Shown here: positions 1 to 12,313 of the stretch, piece after piece
Layout: the number at the start of each line of letters is the position of its first letter
How positions within the stretch are numbered: the first letter of the stretch is position 1
From: Cyanidioschyzon merolae
Taxonomy: Eukaryota
DNA length: 64,000 nt
Reading direction: 5' to 3' (one strand)
Assembly: GCA_000091205.1 (NCBI GenBank)
Contig: AP006502.2
The notes under the pieces: generated by a model
Databases searched by the model: none
Seen by the model: only the letters and a program-made list of their open reading frames with translations
What the model was told of the DNA's origin: nothing
Program-made: the position numbers and the translations under genes

Positions 1-1
1 T

Positions 2-3000
2 ATTGTAGACTGGCGTAAAGCGCGTATCGTTTGTCGTTTTCTGCTCGTGCTTCTCAGCAGAGAGGAGGTACGTCATCTTGATCAGTTGGGGGCGTCTGTG
101 CCCAAGTCGTTGAAGGAGCGCATCGCCGAGCGCAATCGCTTTGAGTGGTCTCGTATTTTGCAAAATCGTCCGACGTACTTGCACTGGGGGGTAGCCAGGG
201 ATCACCCTGATGAGTGGACGCTACCCGAGGCGAAAACGTTTCCCCCGGGAACGATTCGTTTCGATAAGATCGCTGTACGCACCGAGTTTCCCGCCGAGCA
301 CCCAAGGATTCGCATCAACGTACCTTTCTTCGAATCTGGCAACGAGTTGCGCACGATCCGAGGAATCAAGGCAGTAGTCTACCGAGCAAAAGACCACAAA
401 TACTTTAAAGACGGTAGAAGAGATATTTTCGTGCCTGTCTGGGACTCTGTGCGGACCTGGGTCATCGACGGCGCAGGCATCGAAGAGAACGTTGCAGAGC
501 TTTCGTTGACGGAATCTGCTTTTCGGACGGCATTAGGTGTTTCACGCAGTGATTCGTACATGTCGCTTTCACGGGAAACATCCCCGGGACCGGACGCCTC
601 TGGTAGCGGGCGCTCAGCAGTGCGCCGGTCGATCTCGCTGAGCTCGGTTCGTAAGCTCAAGTCCTCAGCATCTCTTGATCGATTGGTGAAAGCCGGGGCG
701 CCACAGGATCGCTCATTAAAGGCAGTGCGCAGGATCCATACAGCGGCGACCGTTCTTTTCGAAGAACTGTTTGGGGGCGTCGGTCGCGGCGGCAGCGGCC
801 ACCTTGATGTTGTCGTGGAGGAAATGGAGCCCCAGTCCGAGTACCACATTCATATGGCGACAGATATCAGCGGATTGGCACTTCACTGGGGAGTCAGCCG
901 CAAGAAACCAGGTCAGTGGGTGCTTCCGCGTCGAGACTGGTGGCCCGCTGGCGTTACCAGCCAAGTCGATCACAAGGCTGTGCGCAGTGAGTTCGAAGCT
1001 GATCAGGATAACCCGGGCGTATGGCGCCTAGATATGTGCTTCCGCCGCGAATCCGAAGATGACATTGCAAACGGAGAGTCTTGGTTGCCGTCTGCACTAG
1101 TATTTGTTCTGTATCAAGCAGAGTACAATTTTTGGTCGAACTATCATAATGATAATTTTGTTGTACCAGTCGCACCGCCGGCGCCCTCCGTTCTTGAGGA
1201 CGTATACGCTTCGTATTTACACACGTTGCAGGAGCAGGAAAAGATGCTGGGCGATCGCGCCCAGGGCGAGGAACCAGAAACCCTGCCTGTTGGCACAATC
1301 CTGGGTCTGGAGAGACGCTCGCTCGACGACGATGGCGAGACAGTTATTTGTTTCTCCGTCGAAGAGGATGGCTTCGCGCTCCGAGTTCATGCTGACTTGT
1401 CGCCGCTCGTCATCCATTGGGGGATCGCGCGGCATCGGGTCACTGAGTTTCTGCAACCCGACGAAAGTCTCGCGGTTGAAACCAAGGGTCGGACCTACCG
1501 CTTCGAAAACAAAGCCATGCGGACCGAATTCGTGCCGGATGAGCATCATCAGGGCACCTACTATGCGGAAATCCACCTGAAGAAGGAGCATGCACCGCGC
1601 GCAGTCACCTTTGTGCTCTTTAATCCCGAGCTGAATCGTTGGTACCGCGCTGAGGGCGGCGGCAACTTTGTGCTACGAATGGATCTGGAGTCGTTCTCGC
1701 AGCTCCCAGGAAGTGTTGGCAAACACGAAGACGTCGCCCAGAAGATCATCGAGGTTGAGGTCGAGTACGGATCCTGGACGCTCATGCACCGTTACAATTT
1801 GGCGAATGATATCCTACGGAACAGCATGTCTGCTTTGGATGCGGATCTTTTGCAGATAGTCTTTGTGTGGTTACGGTATAGCTTCCTGCGGCAGCTGGAC
1901 TGGCAGCGCTCCTACAACACGCAACCGCGCCTGTTAGCGCACGCTCAGGAGCAGCTCACGACGACGCTAGCTCAGGTCTTTGTCAGTCGTCCAGATCTCC
2001 GGCTCTGGGTGCGCCTGTGTCTCTCGATGCTGGGCCGAGGCGGAGGCAACGGCCAGCGAATTCGAGACGACATCCTGCGGATCATGCACAAGCATCACAT
2101 ACCGGAAACGCCGGGTCATTTTATGGAACAGTGGCACCAAAAGCTGCACAATAATACGACTCCAGACGACGTGGCAATCTGTGAGAGTTATCTCGCATTT
2201 CTACGATCTAATGGCGACAAGAACGTCTTCTATGAGACGCTGCAAAAGCACGGCGTAACGAAAGAACGTTTGGCATCTTATGAACGTCCGATATTCGCGG
2301 AGGTGCAAACCTATCCCTGTGACACCAACAGCCTTATACACGACTTTGAGGAGTACCTTCACGTTCTGAAGAGCGTGCACTCCGGAACAGACCTGGCGGT
2401 TGTTCTGGACTATGCGCGCTGGACGCTTGATCAGGAGCTCATTAGCAAGGTTGAGCATATCCAGTCGGTGCGAGCGGAGCTCATGGCGAGTCCACAGGGG
2501 GCGCTCGAGTTCTCCTTCTTGATTGCTGAGGCGAGGAAGATGCTCCAGAGTACCTTAGAGCACGTCGAAGATCCAACGCGCGTTCGGGATATGCTGTTCC
2601 TTGACCTGGCGCTTGACGAGCTCGCTCGCTTGGCCGTCGAGAGTCAGGGGCTTGCCGACTACGTTGCCGAGACCGATGTCCAAAAAGCCTGCAATCTTTT
2701 GGTGGTTCTAGCACAGCACGTTGGATGGTCTATGCTATCCAGTGCGTTCCTGGAAACCAGTTATGATCTTGCGGCGCTGGTGTACGGTATTCAGTCGGAC
2801 GTACAATTGCAGGAGCCAGATTTCGGTCTCCGCCTCTATGCGACAATGGAGCGCCTCATGGACTGCGTCGGGCATGATGTGGTGGAACGGCTCCACCACG
2901 ACGTGCAACCCAAGGCGGTGTACATTGGCGTTGGCTGCAACATCGACCAAAAGGTTGTGACGCTTTTCTCGGAAGAGCTCATTCGGGGTCAGGCGGCCTT

Positions 3001-4483
3001 TGCACTGGCCCAAGTCCTTCGCCCGCTCATGAGGAATATTCGCAAGCAAGCTAATCTCGGAAATTGGCAGGTAATTAGCCCGGGATCATGCACTGGTCAA
3101 GGAGCGGTATTTGACGAGCTCCTGTCCATTCAGTACAAGACGTTTGCCGAGCCCACGGTAGCGTTTGTGCGCCGCATATCCGGAGAGGAGGAGATTCCCA
3201 CCGGCATGGTCGGCCTCATCACTACCGACACACTCGACATACTCTCGCATTGTGCGGTTCGGGCACGCAACGAGCATGTCGTCTTGGCCTGTTGTTTCTC
3301 CGAGGAGCTTTTTGATCAGCTCACAGAGCGATTCCGTGGTGCCTGGGTCGCCGTGCGCTCCCTAACCGATGGTTCTCTGGATTTCCAACCGATACAGGAG
3401 GGAGCTGGACGCACCACGGCGGCGGATACGACGGATGGAGCATCCGAACACGCCCAACGTCGAGCGGTATCCATGCGCTCCGATATCGAGAAAAAGCCAG
3501 TGAAATCGGTGCTTGGTATTGCGCAGTTCAACACGCAGCGTGGAGGTTCCAAGTCGAACTCGCTTGCCAAACTCATCCGCGTGATACCGGACTGGATTCA
3601 CATCCCTCCGTGCGCGTTGCTACCCTTTGGAGTTTGCGAGCAGGTGCTTGCAGAGGCACAGAATTCTGACGTGGGGGAGCGTTTCCAGCAGCTCATGGCG
3701 GAACTGGACGGAAAGGGGCCTACCGATGACTGCAGCGCCTTGCTCGCACGTTTGCGGCACTGTGTTCGGCAACTTGCACCGAGTGATACCTTCATGAAGG
3801 AGTTGCAACAGGTTCTCCAGCACGAAGGTTTCCACTCCATTGACAACCTCGATATGAGGCGCGCCTGGGAGTGTATCCTAGATGTTTGGGCATCCAAATT
3901 CAACGACCGGGCGTTTCTGGCGTTGCGCAAAGCAGGCGCTGTTGGGAAAACCTCATTGTCCTCGCTCTACATGGCAGTTTTGGTCCAGGAGGTGGTCCCT
4001 GCGGACTATGCCTTCGTCCTGCATACGAAGAATCCGTTCACTGGGGAGCCATCAGAGATCTATGGTGAATTGGTTCATGGTCTGGGTGAAGTGCTTGTTG
4101 GCAACTACCCAGGCCGTGCGCTCGGATTTACGTACTCGAAAAGCACGGGTCAAGTGCGCGTCTGCAACTACCCCAGCAAGACCAAAGCGCTTATTCCACG
4201 TGGTGGCTTGATTTTTCGCAGTGACTCCAACGGAGAGGACCTCGAGGACTTTGCTGGAGCTGGGCTCTTTGATTCCATCCTTATGCAACCAGCCGAAGAA
4301 GTTGTCGTTCGTTACCGTGAACTCAAAATTCTGCAGGACAAAGCTTACCTGGAACGTATCCTCTCAAAAATAGGAAAATGTGGGATTGAAATTGAGAGCA
4401 ATTGTGGTAACAAACCGCAGGATATTGAAGGTTGCATTTGCGGCGAGGATGTGTACGTCGTTCAATCACGTGACCAAGTCTAG
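2..4483 (+). CDS. GWD: alpha-glucan water dikinase (starch R1 / GWD), 5'-partial; the reading frame is open to the window start
   Basis: Seen: a 1478-aa uninterrupted ORF whose frame is open from position 2 (no stop before the GTG at 47). The C-terminus carries the PEP-utilising/pyruvate-phosphate-dikinase-like block MAVLVQEVVPADYAFVLHTKNPFTGEPSEIYGELVHGLGEVLVGNYPGRALGF that is typical of GWD. The N-terminal region has HWGV...W..P tryptophan blocks resembling tandem CBM45 starch-binding modules. Assignment is from established knowledge of GWD domain order. Confidence 0.88.
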   Translation: MVDWRKARIVCRFLLVLLSREEVRHLDQLGASVPKSLKERIAERNRFEWSRILQNRPTYLHWGVARDHPDEWTLPEAKTFPPGTIRFDKIAVRTEFPAEHPRIRINVPFFESGNELRTIRGIKAVVYRAKDHKYFKDGRRDIFVPVWDSVRTWVIDGAGIEENVAELSLTESAFRTALGVSRSDSYMSLSRETSPGPDASGSGRSAVRRSISLSSVRKLKSSASLDRLVKAGAPQDRSLKAVRRIHTAATVLFEELFGGVGRGGSGHLDVVVEEMEPQSEYHIHMATDISGLALHWGVSRKKPGQWVLPRRDWWPAGVTSQVDHKAVRSEFEADQDNPGVWRLDMCFRRESEDDIANGESWLPSALVFVLYQAEYNFWSNYHNDNFVVPVAPPAPSVLEDVYASYLHTLQEQEKMLGDRAQGEEPETLPVGTILGLERRSLDDDGETVICFSVEEDGFALRVHADLSPLVIHWGIARHRVTEFLQPDESLAVETKGRTYRFENKAMRTEFVPDEHHQGTYYAEIHLKKEHAPRAVTFVLFNPELNRWYRAEGGGNFVLRMDLESFSQLPGSVGKHEDVAQKIIEVEVEYGSWTLMHRYNLANDILRNSMSALDADLLQIVFVWLRYSFLRQLDWQRSYNTQPRLLAHAQEQLTTTLAQVFVSRPDLRLWVRLCLSMLGRGGGNGQRIRDDILRIMHKHHIPETPGHFMEQWHQKLHNNTTPDDVAICESYLAFLRSNGDKNVFYETLQKHGVTKERLASYERPIFAEVQTYPCDTNSLIHDFEEYLHVLKSVHSGTDLAVVLDYARWTLDQELISKVEHIQSVRAELMASPQGALEFSFLIAEARKMLQSTLEHVEDPTRVRDMLFLDLALDELARLAVESQGLADYVAETDVQKACNLLVVLAQHVGWSMLSSAFLETSYDLAALVYGIQSDVQLQEPDFGLRLYATMERLMDCVGHDVVERLHHDVQPKAVYIGVGCNIDQKVVTLFSEELIRGQAAFALAQVLRPLMRNIRKQANLGNWQVISPGSCTGQGAVFDELLSIQYKTFAEPTVAFVRRISGEEEIPTGMVGLITTDTLDILSHCAVRARNEHVVLACCFSEELFDQLTERFRGAWVAVRSLTDGSLDFQPIQEGAGRTTAADTTDGASEHAQRRAVSMRSDIEKKPVKSVLGIAQFNTQRGGSKSNSLAKLIRVIPDWIHIPPCALLPFGVCEQVLAEAQNSDVGERFQQLMAELDGKGPTDDCSALLARLRHCVRQLAPSDTFMKELQQVLQHEGFHSIDNLDMRRAWECILDVWASKFNDRAFLALRKAGAVGKTSLSSLYMAVLVQEVVPADYAFVLHTKNPFTGEPSEIYGELVHGLGEVLVGNYPGRALGFTYSKSTGQVRVCNYPSKTKALIPRGGLIFRSDSNGEDLEDFAGAGLFDSILMQPAEEVVVRYRELKILQDKAYLERILSKIGKCGIEIESNCGNKPQDIEGCICGEDVYVVQSRDQV

Positions 4484-7400
4484 ATATCGGTCGTTGAATG
4501 CGAAGAATTTAAAGTCTGGGATGCATTACCCGAGACCAGCGGACGCCGCTGGCAAGTGCTCGGTTTCTGCTTGCGCTGCGAGCGCTGCCCAGTGCCGAAT
4601 GTCGTGGCCAGCAGGGCGACTTTCGCGATGCGGCATCGACAGGCGCTCCGAGTGCTCAGTCATATCGAAGCAGGGGACCTCATGACCGGTCAGCTGTTGC
4701 CCAGGAAAACCGTTGTCGGTGAAAATGTACGAGGCGTCCTGCTTGCACGATTGCTGAACCGTACCATACCAGTGCATCGCTCCAGACGAGAAGCCGATGT
4801 GCGCTTGCTGGAGCTTTGCTTTTCCTTGGTGGCAAGTTTTCCGCGTTTCAGCATCATGCGTATACGGTGTATGGAATGGTTCACGTGAAGCTTTCACCTG
4901 CGGCAAACCCGATGGACGCTTCTGACGCACGAGACGTCTCCGGATGTGAATTGACGTGTTCGAGCTTCGGTGCAGCGCGTGTTTGCACACATCGTTGCCG
5001 ATGGCATCACTGCATAGCAAACCTGGTACCGTCGATTGCTTCGTCATCTGATATTCGGTCTGCGTACTGTGGATTATCTCGTGGATCCGGCCCTGTTGCA
5101 TTCCCTTTTTTGTTGTAGCAGTATCAGCGGGTACTCGTGCTTGTGGGGCGTGTTCTTCGTCCTTGACGCGTGCATTGGAATCGAACCCAATCGATTCCTT
5201 TATTGGTTGCTTGCTCTCGTCGACGGAGCAGGAGTGCAGGAATCGCGCGCTAGAGCACATCCAGCGCTACAGGCTACCACTGAACGACGCAACTTGTCAC
5301 CCGCGTCCTTTTTCAACGCACTGAGCAAGTTGGCGAATCCACGATCCTGGTCACCGTACAGCCAAAAGCCCCAGCGTCTCGTGCTCGATCTCGTGTACGC
5401 TTGGTGATGATCGATGACATGATCCGTATTGACGCACATTGGTGCTCAGAAGCGTAGCATCCATAGCTACAGTTCCCGCTCTTCTGAGCCAGGAAGGTTA
5501 GGGAACAGAACGCACGGGGTTCGCCTCATGAAGCGCTCAACATTGACCCAGGTATGTTTTCGTTCTCGTGCGATAGGTTTGATACTTTTTGCATTTACGC
5601 TTTAGATAATGCGATAGCGGACTTTCAGCACAGACAGTTCACGGTATCCGGGAAGGCGTTTGTGCGAATCTCGGATCCGACCATCATGCTAGCTAGCATC
5701 TTCAGAAGCGAGCATCACCTTTCGTACGAATGCTAGATCGAACGATTTCATAGTAACGAGGACAGCTGGTAACCGTTCGACCGGAGCGCCCGATTCATTG
5801 TTGCATACCGGTACGCGTCTAGGCGAGGGAAGCTGAACGAGCCTTCCCCGAAGTCAGAGGCTACTCGATCATGAACCGCATTCGGCGTCTTACTCTTTGG
5901 AGGATTCTCCACGCTGGTATGTTTTCGTAAAAACGCCTTGACAACGACATCAGATTGATGTTTCTGCTGCAGCCGTTTCTCCCGCTTGTCCATCCTCGTC
6001 CACTATTTGAAAGAATCGCTCTCTTCTTTTCGTAATGGTTTATTGCACCTTCCCGTTACTTTACAGGGTGACATATTCGTGGTCGCAGTACGCTATATTC
6101 ATGGTGTCCTCCGGGTTCAAGTGCATTTAGTGGACGATGGGAATGAATACCGCCTTTTCTATGCTTGTGAAGACGATGCCACAGGTACCATTTCGTCACC
6201 GTCGACGTCACGAGCACAACCGTGCAGAAAATCACGCCTTGCCGCTCGCTCCCGCACACTGTCAGAAGAGCAACAGAGCATTTCAGGACTGGTGAAGGTA
6301 GCGAACGACTCGTCATTTGATCTGAGCGCGTCACCATCGCGTTTGGTAGCGGAGCAGACGCCTTGGATTTGGATTGAGTCAATGAGAATAGGCTGCCGCT
6401 ATGAGCAGCTCAACGCCATTCGCAGCTGCATGCTCCTCGACCGCCCTTGGGTGGTTCAGAACGACGTTACCTAGAAGCACCGCAGAAGAACGTGCCAAAA
6501 GACAAGTCACGACGAGCTTCGTTGAGGGCTGGGCATGTTGCACCATCACGTCTGTTGGGCGGTCTGTAGGCGACCGACGCTCAACATCGCCCCGGGTGCT
6601 GATGCTGTCGTCATGCTCGATTGTCTCTTCTTGATGAGCAGCGTTTAACCGGTTTTCGAGTTCGCAAATTCAGATATGCGTTTTCTCGCGAATAAGGTCT
6701 CATCGAATGAGACGAATACGCGCCCCTTCTGAAGTAAGCGTTCGCGTTTCAGTACGGAATCGATGTGTGTATTGTTCAGCGGGCGACGGTCTCGCATCCA
6801 AGTGTGGTTCTCTGTTCGTCCGTCCACGCTTCCTCATGATCGGCCGCATGAACAGTACGGAAACTGAACATATCGTGGCTACTTTCGAAGTATACATTTG
6901 AGAACAACTGGATTGAAATGGATGAACGGGAAGGCAAATGTCTAGACTGAGTTTTATAGCATCTGGTCCAGGTGCACGACGTTCAGCACCAACGCTACGA
7001 GGCCGGCGATTTATCCACCTGCTGACTATTGATTAATCCAATGATGGGAGCAACGCTGTTTTCGGAAGCCAGTACCGACAAGATTTACGCTTCATGTGCC
7101 GGCACTCTAAGCTATAAGACGCAGTCCGTTCATTGGATAACTGCGAGAAAGAAACACAGGAACAAAAGATTCATACCGATATCGGTATTCCTGATTGTAC
7201 TGCTTTGCGTCTAGCGAAAGACGCAAACTCGGATTAGCCCCAAAATGTGATTCCTGCGAGATTCCAGATCTATATCCGCGTCGGTTTCAGAATAAATACG
7301 ACTGTTTGCGATGCATTTGCCAAGCGAGTGCTTACCGAGCCTTCGTCGATAAGCATGTTCGAGACTAGAAGCACAGCCATAAAGTCCTACAGATGCGCAA

Positions 7401-9475
7401 GTAGCTTTGGGGCGCTCCGTCGCTTTTTTCAGGGTCGCTCATTCGACTCTTTGCCGATGAAGCTCGTTACGGTACAGATATCAAGACGATTTACGACATC
7501 ATGATCCGACTCGTATGCGAGATACTCCAAGCTGCTCAGTTGCACACGTGGAGCATGTTTCGATCATGTATTCTTCAACTCTTAGAGTTTTCTCTTGCAA
7601 GGCAACTCATGGGCGCATAGATTCGCACCCCTCCATAGACGAGGAACAAGTACGCAATATCATCGCCTGATGTCTAGTTCAAGAGCATCTTACAAAAGCT
7701 CTCTGAGCTTTGCACGTGCTATAATCCATGCCATTCTCGAGATAGATCCTTTTCACTCTGTGATCATGGACAAAGTGGCATTCGACAGCAGCAGCTTTTT
7801 ACCTTTTATGCAAGACGCTCCCATGAAGCTCACTTCTGTTCTGTTCGCGAGGAGAAATGAGCTTGGGCTCGAACTTGAGCAACGCAGCGAGGGATTACTA
7901 CGAAGAATGTGTCACCGCTTTTTCTACGAAAGCGGTGTCTACGGGTTGAAATGTTGCGCACGGCTCTCTAGCCTGTATTTCCCATCCAGTACGTGTTCCA
8001 TTGTGGGCAACCTCGTGCTCTACGGAACCTATTATTGAATGGAGCATCTTGTGCTAGCGTGTGCAACAGCCAGAGTACTCGCTGAGGGCATCGCATCGAA
8101 GAAGCGCCTGACTGTAGCATACGGCACCGTGGGCAGACCTCATGACCCGTCGAGGGAATGTTCTGCGCGATGAAGAGGCAAGCACGCTGCGCAATGCGGC
8201 CTTCAGAGATCAAGGAATGTTGGATATACGGGAGTATCTGATCACAGTCAACTATCACTGGTGCGAAGGGCGCAAAATAGGCTATGTTTGGTGAGTGCGA
8301 AAACGGAAAGCAATGCGTGGATCGCAACTTCCGCTTCGGCATGGATTGCCTCGACTACAGCCGGAAGCTGCGACATCGGGACCTGTACGCTTCCGTTAAC
8401 ATCCGTAGACTTTCGGAAACGCATCGTGAGGAGAAGCAGAGCCAACCATATTTAAAACCGGAGATGCAAGAGATCGAACACAAAAAAGCCGCAGATAAAA
8501 CCCGCTAATACTGTTGTTGATGACATAGACAAGTGACCCAAAATTGAGCGAGCACACACGCTTCGTGGCTGCCCCATTCCAAATTATGCTGACATGGGTC
8601 TAGCTCTGCGTTCGCTCTCTGAGTCATATCCATAGCCCCCACGCACTGGAGTGTTTGACGACATGCGCCGTGTCCCGGAACGATAACAATCGCACCACGA
8701 ACTGCACAGGGAATTGCGACTTTCACGGTCGCAAGCGCGGAAACGTGCTTATCACCATATTACCAATACTTTGCAGCATTGGATAAGCAGCGCTTTGGTA
8801 TCGTAGATGCTCCTTCGCGCCGTATACAGCCTCGACATCGCGAACATGAGCAAGGCGTAATGCTTGCAAGAAGGACGACCTTCATCGTGGCACAGATATC
8901 GCAATCGCTGGTGACTCTGCCTATGTTGTGTACTTTCCATTATGGCATACGAAGGCATCTCGTGACGCTGGCGATTTGAAACGCATGTACCTGTGTTGAC
9001 GATGAATGCAGCGCCGATGAACAGGCGCAGCTGCATGACACCGAGACAACAGGTGCATCGTACACGACGGATGAGCACGAGACGGTACCAGCCTCGACGC
9101 GAGAACTCACGCGACCACGCACAAAAGCCCGATGCTGTTCTGATATTCACGCAAGCAGAGTTTCGAAATAGAATGCACTAGTGGATCATTCGTACAAAAG
9201 CGGCAAACACGTGCACTTTCTGCAGTGTACCCATCGTCGCACATGGTTGCAGAGGCCGCGCTTTCCCAGCGCGTGTCGTCTAGGCACGCTAGCTTCGTGC
9301 GGTATGCAAACGCCACCTAGCCAGGCGGGCATTGCAAGTGCTTTTATGTCCATGACAGGTGTCGACGAAAACGACGGCGGCGGCGAAGGCGGCGTTGTAG
9401 CCCAGCCCGAGTCATGAACTATCAGCGCTACGCTGCGACAGGGACAGTCGCACCAGAAACACAGTACCGACGATG

Positions 9476-12313
9476 CTATCCCTCATGGAAATGGTATCGT
9501 TCGGAATAGTCCAAGAGCCGCATCGCAACCAGGTAACGTTTGTTGCGAATCTGCTCGATCAAGAATCTGTAGAGGTCGCAGAAGCGATCCCGACCAAAAA
9601 CTGCCAGCACGCCCAGTTGAAGCATGATGTACGCGATGTGTAAGAGCACGAATATCCCCGACTGAGTGGATTCGTGACCAGGCAGCGCTTGAAACAGAAG
9701 AGGCAGCATCGCAATGCAAGCAGTAAAGATACATATTCGTAGAAGATTCGTAAACACGAGTACTGGGGCCGCACCTCGCCGAAAGATGAGTCTTTCGGGA
9801 AGAATACAATCGGCAAGAGCCGGATGTTCGCTCGGACTTGTTCCTCGTGGACGGAAGAGCGCTGGCCAGAGCACCCTTTGCGGCAAAAACCCGCGCAGCC
9901 ACGTCTGCACCCAGCGAGCGAAGGATACATCGCTGCTTGGAACGGTAGCCAACAGTGCGAAGTTGCGCTCCATGATGCACCCGAGCAAATACGGTAAGAG
10001 TACGAGCCATATGACCGAAGCACCCGCTATTGCGAGAAACTGCGTCATGTGTTCCGCCACAGACACCGAAAGAGCGAGCAGATCACCGCGCTGATAGGTC
10101 TGGTAGACAGTACGCGCAGCGGTCGCAATGATACCAATACACGTTAAGCTCAGAACATAGAGCATCAGGTCATTGATCTCGGCAAGTGTATCACCAGCCA
10201 GTACATGCAAGTAAGTAGAGACAGCTCGACCTATGACAAGCGGAATCGCCAGCACAAGTGCAATGCTGCAGCTCATAAATACGAACCAGAGCACAGCGAA
10301 GAGCACGATCCGCACTGGCAACAGTGATCCTCGCGAGGAGAAAGCAGGAACCTGCGGTTCCGGGACAGAGGTGACGTCAGCCGGAGTCGGGCTCTCGGTG
10401 CGCTGCGGTGTCGGGCGCATCACGAGATGCTGCAGGCCTAGCAAACGGCTGCTGTGGTGTGTCCAGAAAGCGACCACTTCTTGAGTGATCGATCGGAGTG
10501 GTGCCAGTCGAGTCAAACCCGACAGGAACAAACCGATAACTGTGGCGCACAGGGCGATATCCCAACCGGAACCGAGCCCTGAAACCAAACGCAAGGGAAA
10601 GACGTTCGGGCTGAACCATAGCACCATTTGCGTGGGTGCGTAGACCGTCAGCCCAATCACGGGAACGTAGAGTGCGGTGGAAAACCCCAGACGACGCAGA
10701 TGAAACCGCAGAGGTCGCGTGACGATCTCCCTCAAGGGATCAAAGTCGGGATCGTTCGGGTCTCGCAGAAAGCGCAGCAACCGGGGATGCAGAACCTCTC
10801 GCAGAATGCCAATAAGCACTGACAGGCCCGAGATGTACAGGATGCCGATGGTCCAGTGAATCAGCACATTTCTCGTGTCGGTTTCGAGGATCGATCGGAA
10901 GCGCACCTCCACGGTTCCAAGGCCCGACGGAAACGCAAACAAGTCCACAGCCATACCGAACACCAATGGAAGCATGATGAACTCAAGCATCATCACCAGA
11001 ATCGCTCTCGCTGTGACCTGGACGAAGGTAAGAATCCAGAGGGTGTTCCGAAAACGTTGCCAGCGCGCCGTGCCTCCTCTGACGTGGACGCGCTCCAGCA
11101 AGCGTATGCAACTCAAGATGAGACCCAGGAAGACCACGTATCCGATACAAATACTGTAAATGCTCGGAACGTTTCTCGATGAGGCAGATACCGCTGCGCC
11201 GGTGTCTAGAAGAGAACGCGGAACATCATCATCGGCGATCAGACGTACCCAGTGCACCAGAGGTAGCGTTAAGCACTTGAGGACAGGCCCCTTAAGCCGG
11301 AAAACCAGTGAGAGAACAAAGCGGCCCAGCAGCAGCGGGGACACAGCGAAAACATCGATGACCACCGCGTTACTAATCACGACGATGATCACATTCGTCA
11401 GCAGATTGACAAGCGGGCCTTTCAGTCCAAGCACTTCTGACAAAGTAAGGTCTTCGCCGCTGTCATGCTCAAGGAAAGAGAAAAGCCCAGGAGCGTTAGG
11501 TTCCGTCGTCCACTGCGTTTCTTGGGGGCTTGGCGCTGCCGACGGTGCTGTCCGCCCTTCTCCTGCAGGCGTGCTCGTCATCGAAGAAGGCCAGGAATCA
11601 TCGCTCTCTTCAGAGCCGCCTGCATCATCTTCGATACCTGCCATCGAGCCTAGACTACGCTCCTCTGTCAACGGGAACTGCGTGCCTGCCGCAGGCACTG
11701 CAATGCCCTGCCTCGCCCAGAGAGACCGCCGCCGGTGAAGAGGATGCGGCACTCGACGAGCGTAACCCGTTTGCCCCACACGACGGTTTGTCAGGGACTG
11801 GAGTGTTCGGCGCGACTCCTCGCGACCGTGCTCTTGGATGGCGTTCAGTCCGAGGCACGCGAGAAAAATCAGGATACACAAAACCAGACCTAACGACAGC
11901 CGAGTCACGATCGTCGATAAGTTTCCGACGTTTTTAATCTGTTCAAGATCTGTCCAACTCTTCGAGAACCCAGCGTACCAAATGATCCAGGTAGCGTACG
12001 GCACGACGAGCAGCCACGCCGCAGCGACCAGCGAGGCACGAGCCAGCCGAGCGTAGCCGGACGCAACAAGGTCGCTCAGACCCCAGAAAAGATCCGCCAA
12101 CCTCAGCGTGGTCGGTGCATCCGCTCGATAGACGGGCTCAAAGCGATACGCTGTTCCACAGAGTTCGCAGTGCGAGTACCCGGTCGTTCTTAGCCAAACG
12201 TGCAAGCAGTCTTCGTGGACGTACCGAACGGACCCGGCGCACTTGCAGGGACTTCGCAGTGGCCGATGGAGCTCACCAGGCTCTCGGCATATTCGACACT
12301 CCTCATCCGTCAT
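9476..12313 (-). CDS. Doa10/TEB4(MARCH6)-type ER membrane RING-CH E3 ubiquitin ligase
   Basis: Seen: an N-terminal RING-CH motif CRICREPGE...PLRSPCKCAGSVRYVHEDCLHVWL...HCELCGTAY, followed by about 900 aa with many hydrophobic helices. The first in-frame ATG is at 12313 (MTDEECRICRE); the ORF track began at a GTG at 12427. Confidence 0.85.
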   Translation of the reverse strand: MTDEECRICREPGELHRPLRSPCKCAGSVRYVHEDCLHVWLRTTGYSHCELCGTAYRFEPVYRADAPTTLRLADLFWGLSDLVASGYARLARASLVAAAWLLVVPYATWIIWYAGFSKSWTDLEQIKNVGNLSTIVTRLSLGLVLCILIFLACLGLNAIQEHGREESRRTLQSLTNRRVGQTGYARRVPHPLHRRRSLWARQGIAVPAAGTQFPLTEERSLGSMAGIEDDAGGSEESDDSWPSSMTSTPAGEGRTAPSAAPSPQETQWTTEPNAPGLFSFLEHDSGEDLTLSEVLGLKGPLVNLLTNVIIVVISNAVVIDVFAVSPLLLGRFVLSLVFRLKGPVLKCLTLPLVHWVRLIADDDVPRSLLDTGAAVSASSRNVPSIYSICIGYVVFLGLILSCIRLLERVHVRGGTARWQRFRNTLWILTFVQVTARAILVMMLEFIMLPLVFGMAVDLFAFPSGLGTVEVRFRSILETDTRNVLIHWTIGILYISGLSVLIGILREVLHPRLLRFLRDPNDPDFDPLREIVTRPLRFHLRRLGFSTALYVPVIGLTVYAPTQMVLWFSPNVFPLRLVSGLGSGWDIALCATVIGLFLSGLTRLAPLRSITQEVVAFWTHHSSRLLGLQHLVMRPTPQRTESPTPADVTSVPEPQVPAFSSRGSLLPVRIVLFAVLWFVFMSCSIALVLAIPLVIGRAVSTYLHVLAGDTLAEINDLMLYVLSLTCIGIIATAARTVYQTYQRGDLLALSVSVAEHMTQFLAIAGASVIWLVLLPYLLGCIMERNFALLATVPSSDVSFARWVQTWLRGFLPQRVLWPALFRPRGTSPSEHPALADCILPERLIFRRGAAPVLVFTNLLRICIFTACIAMLPLLFQALPGHESTQSGIFVLLHIAYIMLQLGVLAVFGRDRFCDLYRFLIEQIRNKRYLVAMRLLDYSERYHFHEG

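Noticed and set aside
5195-5230. tRNA-like T-arm hairpin (GGAATCGAACCCAATCGATTCC is the reverse complement of a GGTTCGATTCC-type T-loop) suggesting a minus-strand tRNA
   Set aside because: The stem/loop geometry is off: a 7-bp stem with an 8-nt loop, rather than 5 bp plus 7 nt. No acceptor, D or anticodon arms could be assembled from the flanking sequence by eye. Left as a plain hairpin inside the AT-rich desert.
9483-10094. Overlapping ORFs 9483-10010, 9559-10023 and 9714-10094
   Set aside because: They are alternative frames or the antisense of the well-supported Doa10-type E3 ligase CDS. They have biased, non-protein-like composition.
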